Part shown: piece by piece, positions 12,075 through 24,621 of the stretch
Layout: each line of letters starts with the position of its first letter
How positions within the stretch are numbered: position 1 is the stretch's first letter
DNA from: Podarcis liolepis
Lineage: Eukaryota
DNA: 64,000 bases
Assembly (NCBI GenBank): GCA_965112155.1
Contig: OZ218099.1
Direction: 5' to 3' (one strand)
Made by a program: the position numbers and the translations under genes
The notes under the pieces: model-generated
The model's database searches: none
What the model was told of the DNA's origin: nothing
Seen by the model: only the letters and a program-made list of their open reading frames with translations

Positions 12075-13779
12075 CTCTAGAGGAGACCGTAGAGGACTCT
12101 CTCTTCTCAGAAGCATGTCCACATCACATCACATCAAAATTTATTTTATTTATTATATTTATCGGCAGCTCTGCAACACAATGTTCTTTGAGCGGTGAAC
12201 AAATAAGGCAACAGCTTAACAAGATCATAGGATTCAATCAAATAAACACTAAAAGCCAATAACCTAGGCAGTGCAGAGCAACTCTAAACTTTCACGCTGA
12301 CAAAAAATCCAAGAGCAATCTCTTAAGCAGAGATGGTTCTACTGTCTGGCAGAATAAGGCAGGCAGCTCAGTCAGTAGGTGCTGGGGGCAGCTGAGGCAG
12401 CCCCTGCACCCAGCTGCTCTTCCTGAGCTCCCAGCTATTCCCTCCTGCTGGAAATCAGAGCTGTGTGCCACAAGGCCTATTATACAACTCCTATACAGTC
12501 CAATGTTACCAGTGGCTGAATCTCCATTGGTGCTAGTCAGCAAAAACTCTTAAAGCAGGGTATTTGGGGAGGGGGTAAGATGGGGACAAAGCTGAGCTAT
12601 CCAAGGATCCACTGGGTTTTTAAGTCAGTCTAGCTACTGGCAAGTTGTCTGTTTGTTTGTTTGTTTGCTATTGCTGCTGCTACTGCTACCATACTGGTTG
12701 CATCGCTATCTGTGCACCTCCCTGCAGAGTCTGCGAGCGGAGCAGGGAAGCGCCCTGTGCAATCCTGGCACCGAGCGAGGATGGCACAGACGGCAAGCCA
12801 CCTGATCTGCTTGCTGGCCCTCTTGTGGCGCAGACCTCCCTGGATGGAGGCAGGTAAGGGGCTCCGGGCTTCACGGGAGGCCATCTGGGCTGCGATCTGG
12901 GTGCCTCTTACTTACGTGCAACGGCGAGCGCGCATTGGACCATGCGATGTAAACAATCTGGACCAAAGCCCCCCCCCCTTAAAAAAGGTCAACAACTCTG
13001 GGAAATGAGGGAGGGGGCGCCAGAGAGATATGTGCACCACGCCGGATATGCTTAAGATTGCCCTGAAGTTGTGTGTGTGCAGGGGTGGGGTAGTGCTGAG
13101 CCAGTTATGTTTGCTGCACCAGCCTTGAATTGGCACAGCAAAAACTGCAGACTTTTAACATCCCCCTCTCTCACTGGCAACAGTGTTGGGGCTCCAGACA
13201 CAGCAGTTTTGCAGCAGCTGTTCTAAGTCTTGTTGCTGCCTGCTTGGGATTAGGACTGCACCATTACTCCCAGTTCACAAATCAACCAATGACGTAAAAT
13301 AGCATCTGTAAGAATGAAACTATTCGTCACACACGACATCAGCAGAAGCATAAGCATAAGCAAATAACATATTTTTTCCTATAGAATGCCAACTAGGTTT
13401 CCCCTATGCTTCTGAATGCAGAGCATTCTATACCATATAAAGTATGTGAAGAGACAAAATGTTGTTTTTATTGTTGTTATTATTATTATTATTATTACTA
13501 TTACTACCACTACTACAGTGCTGTGTTTGTGGTTTGGTTTTCTCTCATTTCTCCAGCCACTAAAGGTAGAGGGGAATTTCCTCCCTTCAAATGGTGACAA
13601 TAAAATGATTACCCGGGCCTCAGTTTAGCATAATGGTTCAGAACTGCTCATAGCATATTGCAGACTTAAAGTGGAAATTATTAGGTAGCTGTTCTTTGTT
13701 ATAATAATGATCACTCCACAAATAAAAGCTCTTCTCCCAAAGGTACTGCAAGGCACAAAATGCTAATTCTGAAGATTAT

Positions 13780-14620
13780 GTGCTCGCTTTTATTAAATAT
13801 TACTATGCCCTGTTCTGTTTGAGGGCTTCGCTGCTCTGATTGTTTTATGAGTGCCATGTTAATGTCATCCCCATCTCGCTAGCAGCAGGCACACATTTTA
13901 GCTTTTGCAGGAGAATTGATCAAAGGCCACGTGCTGTGGGAATTGCTGAGAAAACACGGACAAGCGGTAAAAATCTAACTGATTAATTGGTTTAAATTTC
14001 ATTTCAGGGTGTTGAACTTTGGCTTGGGACTCTAATACTACACTAAGAGTCAGGGCCTAATTACCAGATTTCCAATTTGCCTCAGCACAATGGCACAGAC
14101 AGAGGAAAATGAATACTAAAAATAATTATAATGGGGAGGGGGGAACCTTTTCTGCTCTGTACTTATTTAACCGCTAATGCTCTGTGTGGGCAAACAGTTT
14201 TACTGGGGAAGCCTCCAGCAGCGCCTGCTGGGCCACCAGGGTATCTAATGACACAAATAAATTAAGAAGCTAGTGGCAGCGTCAAAGATTCTGATTTGCC
14301 AGATCGAAGGGACAGTGATGCACATGCCCACCAACACGCAGTGGCCCCATCACCCCCATTCATTAGTAGCTAGAATTCATATAAGCAACGTGCCTGGCTT
14401 CCACTCTCAAAGAGAAACAATCTATTACATTGATAAAACACACATACACACAGGGAGCGGAAAACTGTGCTTACTTTGGAGTTTATGGGTGGGCCTTGAG
14501 AATAAGGGTTAATTGAACTCAGAAGTTCAGGCTTACTGAGGCGAATTAGTGCCATGTACAGCTATCAGCAAGGTCCTGCCGTTGGTCTTGTAATCTATTT
14601 GTGCTGTGATTAATACACAG
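13780..14620. promoter_or_regulatory. Candidate conserved intronic enhancer
   Basis: Repeat-free and rich in TAAT/ATTA. Adjacent TCF/LEF (ATCAAAG 13919-13925), E-box (CACGTG 13928-13933) and RBPJ-like (TGTGGGAA 13935-13942) motifs. Conservation not tested. Confidence 0.45.
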
Positions 14621-15513
14621 TCCGTGCTGGTCTCAGGAAGAAAGACCCAACCCCTAGCCCTCTTCTCTAATATTCATCATGAAACTTCCATATTCCATAA
14701 GAGGAGGCTCCAGCAACGATGGACGTCGTCAGAATTGAGCTATGAGCAAATATGCATTTGATAACGTCTGAAAAGGGCAAATGCAATCTAACTGCACAGA
14801 ATCAGTTCAAAGAATTAATGCAAGACGCAGCCGAAAAGCAGCATCTTTAAAATGTAAAGCAACAATTACAGGAGAGACAAACAATTCTGATTAAATAAAT
14901 TTGGACTGGGTTTAAAATGGTCCTAGGGGAAAATATTTGTCCAAAGATCTTCAAGCAAACCAATTAACAGACTACATCAAACAGTCCTGAGAGCGATGGA
15001 AATGGAAATTCACAATCAGGTTAACTCTCTGTACAACTGGGCCTCGGAACTTAATACAGCCTATAGTCAATATAGTATTGAGTCTACAGTGATTATCCTT
15101 GAGAAGGGTGGCTAGATACTATGGCAGTAGAACCAAGGGCTCACTCACACCGTTTTGAAGATCAAGTTCTGCAATTTGCATATGCAGCTAACAACGTTGC
15201 ATAGGAATTCTGCTTTCATGTTCCCAGAGACATAAGAAACACTATCTCTTGTTGCCTACCCACCCGCCCATTCCTACTGCACTCACAAAATCTCTTTAAA
15301 ATAAAGTTCATGCGACTAGGTTCCTGTTCACTGTGCAAGAACAACGGTTCACATCCCACAGAAACAAAAAGACAGCATATTCCAGTAATGCTAAATAAGC
15401 ATGAGGGCTGCACTTTCAGCAAAACACTAAACACTTTGAGAGGTCAAAACAAATACATAAAACAAAGCTGTTTTAAATCAAATCAAGTCATTGGTCCATC
15501 AAGATTAATACTA

Positions 15514-15747
15514 TAGTGGTACCTCGGTTTATGAACTTAATCTGTTCTGGAAGTCCGTTCTTAAACCAAATCCGTTCTTAAACCAAGGTGCACTTTCCCT
15601 AATGAGGCCTCCCACCGTCGGTGCCCTTCCACCGTTTGGCTTCCGTTCATAGACTGAGGTAAAGTTCTCAAACCGGGGCACTACTTCTGGTTTTGTGGAG
15701 TTTGTAAAATTCATAAACAGGACTGTTCTTAAACCAAGGTACCACTG
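15514..15747. mobile_element. Tc1/mariner (Tigger-like) MITE
   Basis: TIRs (C>T)AGTGGTACCTCGGTTTA / TAAACCAAGGTACCACTG with TA on both sides; same family as 26595-26836. Confidence 0.85.
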
Positions 15748-15889
15748 TATATATCCTAACTGTCTGCAACTTTCTAGGACTCCTGGTATTGCCTAGTTGT
15801 AGCCCTGGGATTCTTCCTCTAAATCTCCCAGAATGTGCAGCTCTCCTTGAAAATAATTGTGATTTATATATACATCATCATCATCATTA

Positions 15890-16480
15890 GAGGAGAAATT
15901 TGATTTAATTTAAATCAAATTTAAATCTGAGTCTATCACATTCCAAAACAATATGTGAATCACAACACAGCTATCCTTTTAAATTCATACTTCTCCAAAT
16001 TTAGCAATGTAGTTCTCCAACAAAACAATGTTTACAAAAATCCATATAAAACAATTCCTTCCAGTAGCACATTAGAGACCAATGAAGTTAGTTATTGGTA
16101 TGAGCTTTCATGTGCATGCACACTTGTATCTGAAGAAGTGTGCATGCACATGAAAGTTCATACCAATAACTAACTTAGTTGGTCTCTAAGGTGATACTGG
16201 AAGGAATATTTTTATGTTATTTTGACTATGGCAGACCAACACAGCTACCTACCTGTAACTAAAAATCCATATATTAGGGCAAATCACTTGCAAAAGTGTG
16301 TACATTAGTCAAAATGGCATATAAAAATGTGTTTATTAGGAGAAATTTGTACTAAAATGCTGGTGAATTTTTGTGAGAAAAAAAAGAAAAATCAATCAAT
16401 CATTAATTGCTGCAAAATGTGGAGAATGGAAATTAAGATTGGAAAAATTAGAAACAAAGAGAACTGAAGTTGACAGTTCT
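15890..16480. repeat. Second, inverted copy of the old repeat at 3180-4920, split by a Penelope-like insertion
   Basis: The reverse complement shares blocks such as ccaatcttaa..ctccacattt, aatttctcctaata and gcaatg.agttct with 3180-3455 and 4760-4920. Confidence 0.6.
16049..16260 (+). mobile_element. Short Penelope-like element (inverted pseudo-LTR hairpin) with a decayed minimal hammerhead motif
   Basis: 72-nt inverted arms at 16054-16125 and 16136-16207 (5 mismatches); 13-bp TSD AAAAATCCATATA at 16036-16048 and 16261-16273; CTGAAGA...GAAA core. Confidence 0.8.
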
Positions 16481-18412
16481 TTTTAACCCTCATAATAGCA
16501 ATAATAGTGGGGTGGTTCCCCCAGGTGGTTCACTGAGGTCACCTTTATCTCCGCTTCATTTTCTAGTTGCCACTGCAATATTGCTAATATTATATTCATT
16601 TGAAAACCCACTCCTAATGAATCAAGTAGAATGCTGTGAAATATGACCTTTTAGAGAAACGTACCTCAAAGTGGTAACTTTTTTTTTCTAAATAGTGTGA
16701 AAATAAATTATATGGCTTTACTATAGAATTTTATTTGTCCATTTATGGTCGTCAATTTAACTGCCAAATAATTTTTTTTTAAGTTCTGTATTTGTAAACA
16801 GCGCAAGGGGGGGAAACTGTTTTGTGTCATCCCCTAGTTAAGTGCTTAAATAAATACTTATTGATTTTGTTTTCATCTTCAGCCAGTCACTATGCCTAGA
16901 AGAAACAAGGGCAGAGATTTTGTTACACTGCTTTTGCTTGACACTTACGGAGGCACAGAGTATCATTTGCTGTATTTTGAAGAGGGTATGCTATGTGCAG
17001 ATACCATGGGAGCCTAAAATGGTAACTGTGTAGGGCTGGCTGTTGATTGATGCTGGAGACCACGTGTCCTTGCAGACAAACAGGGGTGTGCTGCTGCCCT
17101 TATGTCCTGCAAGAGATGTTGCACTAAATGGGCCTGATCCAGCAGGAATTTTCTTATGCTCTGGTGGTGAACTTCCAACTGGCTGGCCAGGAGTTCAGCT
17201 GGCTGCTTGCTTTCATTTGGTCTAGCAAAATAACCTTCAATAATTCTGAAACATTTTTTGGGGTGGGGGAAGAAGAGGTAGCAAACTCAAATTCATTTCA
17301 CCCTGAAGTCACAGGCTGTGGAAGAGCTTGGGCTCAGCTCCCCTCTTAACCCAGTTCCAACACAAATTATCCTTTTGGGGCAAACAGGGATGGGAATCTG
17401 GTATTCTTGTTGTTGCTGAGCTACAGTTCCCCTCCTGGTGGATACAGAAGTCCACCTATATCTGGAGGGCCACAAGCTTTCTATCTCTTCCTTAAAGGAA
17501 TGTGAGGAGGGAACTGGGTTCAGAGGAGGCACATCTTTGAAGCACAGTTCTTTCCTTTCCCTCGTTCTGAGGGTTCCAAAATAGGAATTCTTTCCTATCA
17601 CCCACACAGCTAAAAGTTGGTTACATATATACTCCAAGTAACCCCAATTACTAGACTTCTGAAAATGGGAAAGTTGTGTACTTCTCCCTCTTAAAAGAAA
17701 AAGCAAACTGAAAGGGTTGCATTCAACACATCAGTGTAGAGTTCCACTTCTTCTCCACCCACAAAAAAGTCTGCTTTAGAAGACACCCGCCTCAATCTTC
17801 TGGAGCGGATTTTGAGGGGACAGGGGAGGGAGTTCTGTTGTGCACGCAGAAGTCTATTACATGAGCAGAGCCAGTGAGCCAGAGTATCCTCAAATAATTA
17901 AGGCCTATCTGCATTTTCCACAAAGTTGACACTTGGTATACATGTAGTATGAGACATCCCTATTTCTACAGGAATGTGAGAACATGTTTTTACTAGAGGT
18001 TTGCCAAAATGGGATTTTAAACTTTATTTTTTAAACTTTCATATGTGGTTGAAAAGCACCTCCATTTTTCAGGATGCCTTCACGTGCCTCTTCAACAATT
18101 TGTCCTTTCCACTCCACCCCACAAAGCCCAGGGCATTAAAAGGAACTGTGAAAAAGACCTCACTGTGTTGAAGACCCCCAGGAGCCTGTCCCTGAGGCAC
18201 AGATCAGGGAAACTCATCACACTGGAAAGCAAAACAGCTTGTGTAATGCAGGAGGTGCCGAAGTTCCCCAACCTGCTTGAACTGAAATGTAAGCAGAGAC
18301 CCTTACATACTCTCTATAAGCTTAGAGAAGCCCAGGGAGCATATGAAGATTTAATGCCCAAACCTTTGTTTGTTTTGATTGCAGAATACACTCACTTCAC
18401 ACACACACACAT

Positions 18413-18696
18413 TTTGTTGTTGTTGTTTAGTCATCTTAGTCATGTTCGACTCTCCGTGACCCCATGAACCAGAGCATGCCTTGGAAACTCTCACTTTCTT
18501 CTCAAAGCTTCTCCTTTTTAATGCCCATGGAGTTTTCTTGGCAAAATACTGGAGTGGTTTGCCAGTTCCTTCTCCAGGTGGATCACATTTAGTCTAAACT
18601 CTTGGCTATGACCTGCCTGTCTTGGGTGGCTCTTCACGGCATAGCTCAGAGTTTCTTGGAGTTATTCAAGCCCCTTTGCCACGACAGCAGTGATCC
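18413..18696 (-). mobile_element. Short bipartite RTE/BovB derivative (5' UTR joined to 3' tail)
   Basis: The minus strand starts GGATCACTGCTGTCGTGGCAAAGGGGCTTG, contains GGAGAAGGAACTGGCAAACCACTCCAGTAT, and ends with the BovB tail CATGGGGTCACGGAGAGTCGAACATGACTAAGATGACTAAACAACAAC. Possible TSD ACACAT. Confidence 0.75.
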
Positions 18697-19825
18697 ACAC
18701 ATGTCTCTTAGCATTTTTCCATTGGGTTAGCCTCCTAATATGCAATACAGCACTATGTAGTGCTCTTCTTCTAATGAAAAAAGGTGCCGGTACTGCGTAC
18801 TCTTGAGTACCTGCAGAAAAACAACAACACTGGTCCTATTGCATGTATTCAGAAGTTCCACTGAAATTGGTTATATTTACTCCCAGGTATTACAGTCTAA
18901 CTGATCTAAATACTAATGTGGTGTTAATATATACTCCACTTATCTTCTTGAGAAATACTGCTGTTTGATGCATTTCCCCTCAAACCAGCTTCCATCTGAT
19001 TTGAAAATGCAAGCCACATTCACTTCAGTTAAGCTGAGGTGTGTCCATTTGAGATGGCTGTTGTGCACATACAGATGGCAGCTTCCAGGAATAGGGGAGG
19101 AGGGAGAGTTGCAGCCATGGGGAATCAAAATAGGTGATGTGCATTGGACAAAGACATTCCCAGCCCCACTCCCTCTGGTGTGCACAGCAACGTGCAAATG
19201 AGACTGGAAACGCTGTAGGGAAAAACGAACTCACTGCGCTTTCAGCTGCTAATATGTACATGGCCCAATATGGACTATAATTCTGCAGAGCAATTAAAAG
19301 GCGAACTCTGCGCTACTTATTTCCTACCAGTTCTACTAGAGTCAATGGAACCACTGCAGAAGAGGAAAACTTTTAATGGATTTCCTATTATTATGCTAGT
19401 AATTATGCTTAAATTACTGTTTTAAATTATGTCCATTACTTATAAAGACAAGACCTAGGGAGAAATCCTCACAGGGGGTCTAGGTTATGGGGAGAGGGGG
19501 ACTGTGAACTGTTGGTGAAAGGGAGGAAGAAAAGCAAGAGAAGTAGAAGGCAAGAGAGGCAAAAGGAAATACAGTTTAAAAACCCAATAAAGCATTTTGC
19601 TGCAAGTCTGTAATTTAATTGTTTAATTGTTTACTGAGCTGGGACAAAGACAGCGAGTGCTTAAGCACTATGGGGATCCAAAGCCTTTGTCTGTAGACAG
19701 ATGATTACTGGGATCAGAGATGTGGAGACCACTTGGTTCCACTGTAGAATAGCCTCAGTGGAATCTGCCAGAATGTCTGGACAGGATCCAGAATGCAGGA
19801 GGTCTTTCCTGGACTGTGAAACAGA

Positions 19826-20025
19826 GGCTGCAACAGCTATTTGCCCCCATTGTCAGAGGCAGAAATGCTTCTGAATACCTGGTGCTAGAAACCACCGGAG
19901 GAAAGTGCTCTTGTGCCCAGGTTCTGCTTGTGGGTTTACCACAGTGATCTGGTTGGCCACTGTTAGTCCAACAGGATGCTGGACTAGATGGGCCATTGGC
20001 AAGACCCAACAGGCTCTCCTTATGG
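19826..20025 (+). mobile_element. CR1 LINE 3' fragment
   Basis: caggatgctggactagatgggccattggc...caggctctccttatg resembles the squamate CR1 3' end. Confidence 0.65.
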
Positions 20026-22261
20026 ACATCAGGATGGGATTTATTGACCTGCACAATGTGCACAAACACTCTCAGCATCTGTAGTGTTAGTGATGGAGAC
20101 ATGCACTTGGTCACATTACTTCAGTGGTCAAAGTGGGATGCTTTAATAAAATCTATTGGATGGGGTGGGTGGGATGCTTTTGAAGAGGACTTAAAACCAG
20201 TCTACTTATTTTAAATCAGGAATGAGGAAACCTGGCCGTTCAGATGTTGTTGGACTAAAGCTCTGACCATCTGGGACTGGTGGGATTTTGAATTCAACAG
20301 CATCTGGATGGCCAAATGTACCCAGTTCCCTTTATTAAATGGATTTTAAACTCTTCTGGGATGCTACATAGATAAAAAGTCACTTGACCCAAGAGCTCTT
20401 TGTGGAACTGAGGCAGGCAGACAGCTGCCACGGCAACTTCCTACCACAACTGAAGATCCAAACCTGGGAGAAGCCCTGGAAGAAGAGAAAACCCTAAGCA
20501 CTGGAAAAGCCATGGGGAAATAGAAAATTGTCTATCCAGATGCCTGCTTCTGCCATATCTGCTTGTTGCCTCTCCCAGCTTCACAAACACATCTGGCCTG
20601 GCCAAGGCTGGAAGATGGAAATGGTGCCTATTCCACTGAAAATAAATGGCATCCCAGCCTACCCTACCCTGAGAACCCCAGGTTTTGACCTCATTTACAG
20701 TAACTCTATTCATTCCATGGTAATGATTGATAACAGATTGTAATTATTTAAAGTATGAATGTACTAATTCAAGCTTGTTAGTAAATTGTTTACGCAGTTA
20801 TAAATATGGTGAATAGACCGCAGGCTAAATTGAATGTGGCCTAATTTCAAATGAAACTATCCCACTTCCTCCCTCGCCCCACACTGTGTGTTGTGTTAGG
20901 CATATTTTCAAAATCATGCTAATGAAATTACATCAGCTGCACAGAGGTTTTGCATCAGCACTGCAGGAAGAACTGAAACGGAAGTCTATAGGTTAGAACT
21001 CCCAACCTTAGACAAGTGTAAAATGGCCAATAAATAAAATGGTTATAAATAAGGAATCATTAATTATTTACTAATTCAGTTGATTGCCACGCTTGTTGTA
21101 ATCAAGAAATCTACTTGCTCTCATACCGTGGCAACATTTATCAATTCTCCTACTTTTGGATAAATTCTGCTTTTTTGGACACTGCAGGAAGACAGTAGTC
21201 AAATTAAATAAACCCTTAAAAAATGAGGAAATTGTTGGGGAACAACAGACTGTAATTTGGTTTCTACAAATAAAAACTCACAACGTCCTTGTGCTCTTAT
21301 TCTTGTTTTGATTTCTTTTCTAAAAAAAGAGGATATCATTTAATGCAATTTTCCAGAGCCTGGGAATCATAAAATCAAACATGAACAAGTCTACTGGAAA
21401 ATCTGTGACGTTAATCTTGGCCTACGTTGTATTTTTAACAAGCACTAAATTTGTGTGTTGGATAATCCAGATGCCCATAGAGGAATCATCTTGATAGGAT
21501 TAAACCTTTGTGGTGAACTCTGCTCCATCTGTTCTCAGAGGTTTGCCTCTGCCTGTCGGAATATAAATTTGCAGCCTCTGTGTGTCTTGCAGCATAAGTA
21601 ACAGTGGCGCTTTGCAAATACACACACACATGCATGCGCGCACGCACACACACACACACAAACCCTTGAGCACTTATTAGTAATGTGCAATAAAGGTAGC
21701 TTGGAGTTTACTGCCAAAGAAACATATTGGATTTATTATTCATCTGAAGAACAAAGTGTGCAGTACCTAAATTTGAACAAAAAAGGATGTTTGTTGTTGT
21801 TCAGGGACTTGTTCAATTCATTAAACCATAATACTACTATAAATTCACAGATGAAGGTATGACTGCACATGAAGCAGGGAGACGCTTAATCTCTGAAAAC
21901 TATTATACGTTGCTAGAATGCAGGATACAGTTTTGCTTTGACACGCTGACTGTTAAATATTCCAAATCTGTAAAACCCAAACAGCAATGGTTGCAGTTAT
22001 TTCTGTCTCAACCCAGCTACAGATTGGGGTGGGGAAAGATGATTGGAATAACACAGAAAAGGAACCTGGGTCTGTACTTTCTGGTTCTGTCATGAGCTAT
22101 CTATTGACACCACTGGCTTCTTGCACCGATGGCTGCTGCCTTCCATATGCAGCAAGGATAGATGTTCTAGTGCTGTGCCAAAATCTGTCCTCCAATGCAA
22201 AATAAAGCTTCCATTTCTCCTGGCTCTTCCACAGGGCACTCTGGAGTTTCTTAAGAATTCT

Positions 22262-22464
22262 GGTGTGATTTCCAGTGAAGTCATCCTGTTAGCACAAGGG
22301 CTTCCACCTGCGCAATGTGACTTTGTCTTTGCCCCTACATCCCCAAATCTGTTTTTGAGACTGGGGCAGACTCAGGGTGGGCACAGGAAGAGGAGAGGGA
22401 GAGGAAGTCCCATTGCACAGGCAGAAGTCCCTGCGCTAATGGGATGACTCCATTGGATACAACC
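22262..22464. mobile_element. Degenerate palindromic MITE
   Basis: About 60-bp imperfect inverted arms (agtcatcc..ttagc.ca.gg.ctt..cctg.gcaatg.gactt). Confidence 0.55.
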
Positions 22465-22530
22465 CTAGGCATAGAGAAAGTCGAGCTTTCTGTATTGCTT
22501 TTATGGTTGTGGGTGGCTACTCTTTCCATT

Positions 22531-22946
22531 GGAAGTGAGAGCTGGACCATAAAAAAGGCTGATCGCCGAAGAATTGATGCTTTTGAATTATGGTGCTGGA
22601 GGAGACTCTTGAGAGTCCCATGAACTGCAAGAAGATCAAACGCATCCATTCTTAAGGAAATCAGGCCTGAGTGCTCACTGGAAGGACAGATCCTGAAGCT
22701 GAGGCTCCAATACTTTGGCCACCTCATGAGAAGAGAAGACTCCCTGGAAAAGACCCTGATGTTGAGGAAGATGGAGGGCACAAGGAGAAGGGGACGACAG
22801 AGGACAAGATGGTTGGATAGTGTTCTCAAAGCTACCAGCATGAGTTTGACCAAACTGTGGGAAGCAGTGGAAGACAGGAGTGCCTGGTGTGCTCTGGTCC
22901 ATGGGGTCATGAAGAGTCGGACACGACTAAACGACTGAACAACAAC
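22531..22946 (+). mobile_element. 5'-truncated BovB/RTE LINE 3' end
   Basis: Encodes RTE C-terminal motifs (SWTIKKADRRRIDAFELWCWRRLLRVP; LQYFGHLMRREDSLEKTLML; RGRQRTRWLD), ends in a (CAA)n tail, 12-bp TSD ACTCTTT(C/T)CATT at 22519-22530 and 22947-22958. Confidence 0.93.
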
Positions 22947-24099
22947 ACTCTTTTCATTAAACATTTTTTCCATCACTCTGCAGCCTCCCTGGTTGCTTGC
23001 ACTTCCTAATTTAGAAAAAAATAAGGTAAGAGTTACCCCATGATGTCTTGCCCTGAGCTATGTGAAGTAAAGGAAGACAGGGAGGCTGCCTACCAAACAC
23101 CAGAGATCTGGGCACTCACTTATTTTGGTTTTAAAGGAAGCATTCTCTGCATTCATTTCTTTTAAAGTAAGAAAAACTCTTCACTTTTTTTTAAAAAAAG
23201 AAAAGAAATAAAGCTGTGAGGTCCACAGCAAGACCCCTTCTCATGCTTACAGAAAAGCCCAGCTGATGACATGAGGATATGGGCACTGAGAAAGTCTGCA
23301 GAATTACTGGAATTATAAAATGAATTATAAAATGAAAGAAAAGGGAACCCACAAACACAGCTTGACCACCCTGAAAGGAAGGCAGCTGCAACAAAAACCA
23401 TGTACCTTACCTATGAGAATTTTAATACACAAACACAAAACTTCCCTTTGATAATTTTCAAATAAAATGTATTTTCCAAGTAAGTGATGGTTAATAGTGT
23501 GCAGGAGGAAATGCGGGGAAAATTTTCATCACAGTAGTAATATATTCAGCATCCACAATGATTTAAACAAAGCCAATGCAGAGACATACTATGGTGGAAT
23601 GTAACATAATTCCAGAATCTGTTCCCAAAGACGTATGTAGGAGATCTGACTATTCTTTAAAATAACAGTCCTGGTTTGCAATTTCAGTGCAGCCTTGATA
23701 TTATAGGTCATATGTCTGAAAGTTTATACAGTAGAGTCACAACTTACGCACATTCAGCTTTATGGGCTGGGCTGCTTAAACAAAATAACAATGGGGGTGG
23801 AAAGGGGGGGGGGCTTTGGCAATCCCACCTGCCATTGCAACCAACTTTGGCTTCATGTACTATCCCTGGAGCATCATCCCCACCTTATCTGCAGGTCTGG
23901 TGTAAAAGGTTTAAGGCAAATGAATCATTATTTCATAGCCTGTTCTAATACTTAGTATCTATTTCAGAGTCTATTCCAGAACTTAGTGAATACAGGAAAT
24001 GTTAATGCACAAGTCCAAAGAGAGGATAACTTTTGCTGCTGCTGGTAATCCTCCTCTGCCTCCTAGCCATAGCATTAGTTCATTAAAAAATGGTGTATT

Positions 24100-24328
24100 G
24101 GAACCAGCGTGGTACAGCAGATAGAGCGCTGGATGAGGACCTGGAAGACCAGTGGTCAAATCGCCACTCAGTCATGAAGCGCACTTGGTAACCTTGGGCC
24201 AGCTGCTCACGCTCAGCCTCACAAACCTCACAGGGTTGTTGTATGAATAAAATGGGGGAAACAAGATCTATGTATGCCACCCTGAGCTCACTGGAGGAAA
24301 GGTGCAATATAAATGTAATAAACAAATA
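24100..24328 (+). mobile_element. CORE-type (MIR-like) SINE with L2-like 3' tail
   Basis: tRNA-like head, CORE segment ggtaaccttgggccag..ctcagcctcac..cctcacagggttgttgt, tail gccaccctgagctc..ggaggaaagg..tataaatgtaataaa. Confidence 0.75.
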
Positions 24329-24465
24329 TTGTAAATAGGTTCTGTGTGAAACTTAACTGATAAAATAAATATATATGGCTTCAACGCATCATATACCATA
24401 ACTGAACCAAATACCCAATAGTCAGATGTATCCTTGATCCTATTTTGGTCAGACCCTGGGAATTA

Positions 24466-24621
24466 CATAGGAACATGCCTTATCAGACCATAGGTTCATC
24501 TAGCACAGTACTTTCGACACTGAATGGCAGCAGATCTCCAGGGTTTCAGAAAGAGATCTCTCCAAGCCCTATTGAACCTGGAACCTTCTGCATGCAAATC
24601 AGATGCTCTGCCGCTGAGCTA
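24466..24621 (-). mobile_element. tRNA-derived SINE with CR1-like tail
   Basis: Minus-strand head TAGCTCAGCGGCAGAGCATCTGATTTGCATGCAGAAGGTTCCAGGTTCAAT contains A and B boxes. Confidence 0.7.

Noticed and set aside
18600-18696. Possible HDV-like ribozyme at the RTE 5' end
   Set aside because: Some RTE elements carry one, but I could not build a convincing nested double pseudoknot from this degenerate copy.
22335-22976. 213-aa minus-strand ORF, the longest in the track
   Set aside because: It is the antisense frame of the BovB/RTE fragment at 22531-22946.
24565-24621. tRNA-like sequence with A and B boxes (similar heads at 39205, 46730 and 52632)
   Set aside because: SINE heads or fragments; no complete cloverleaf.
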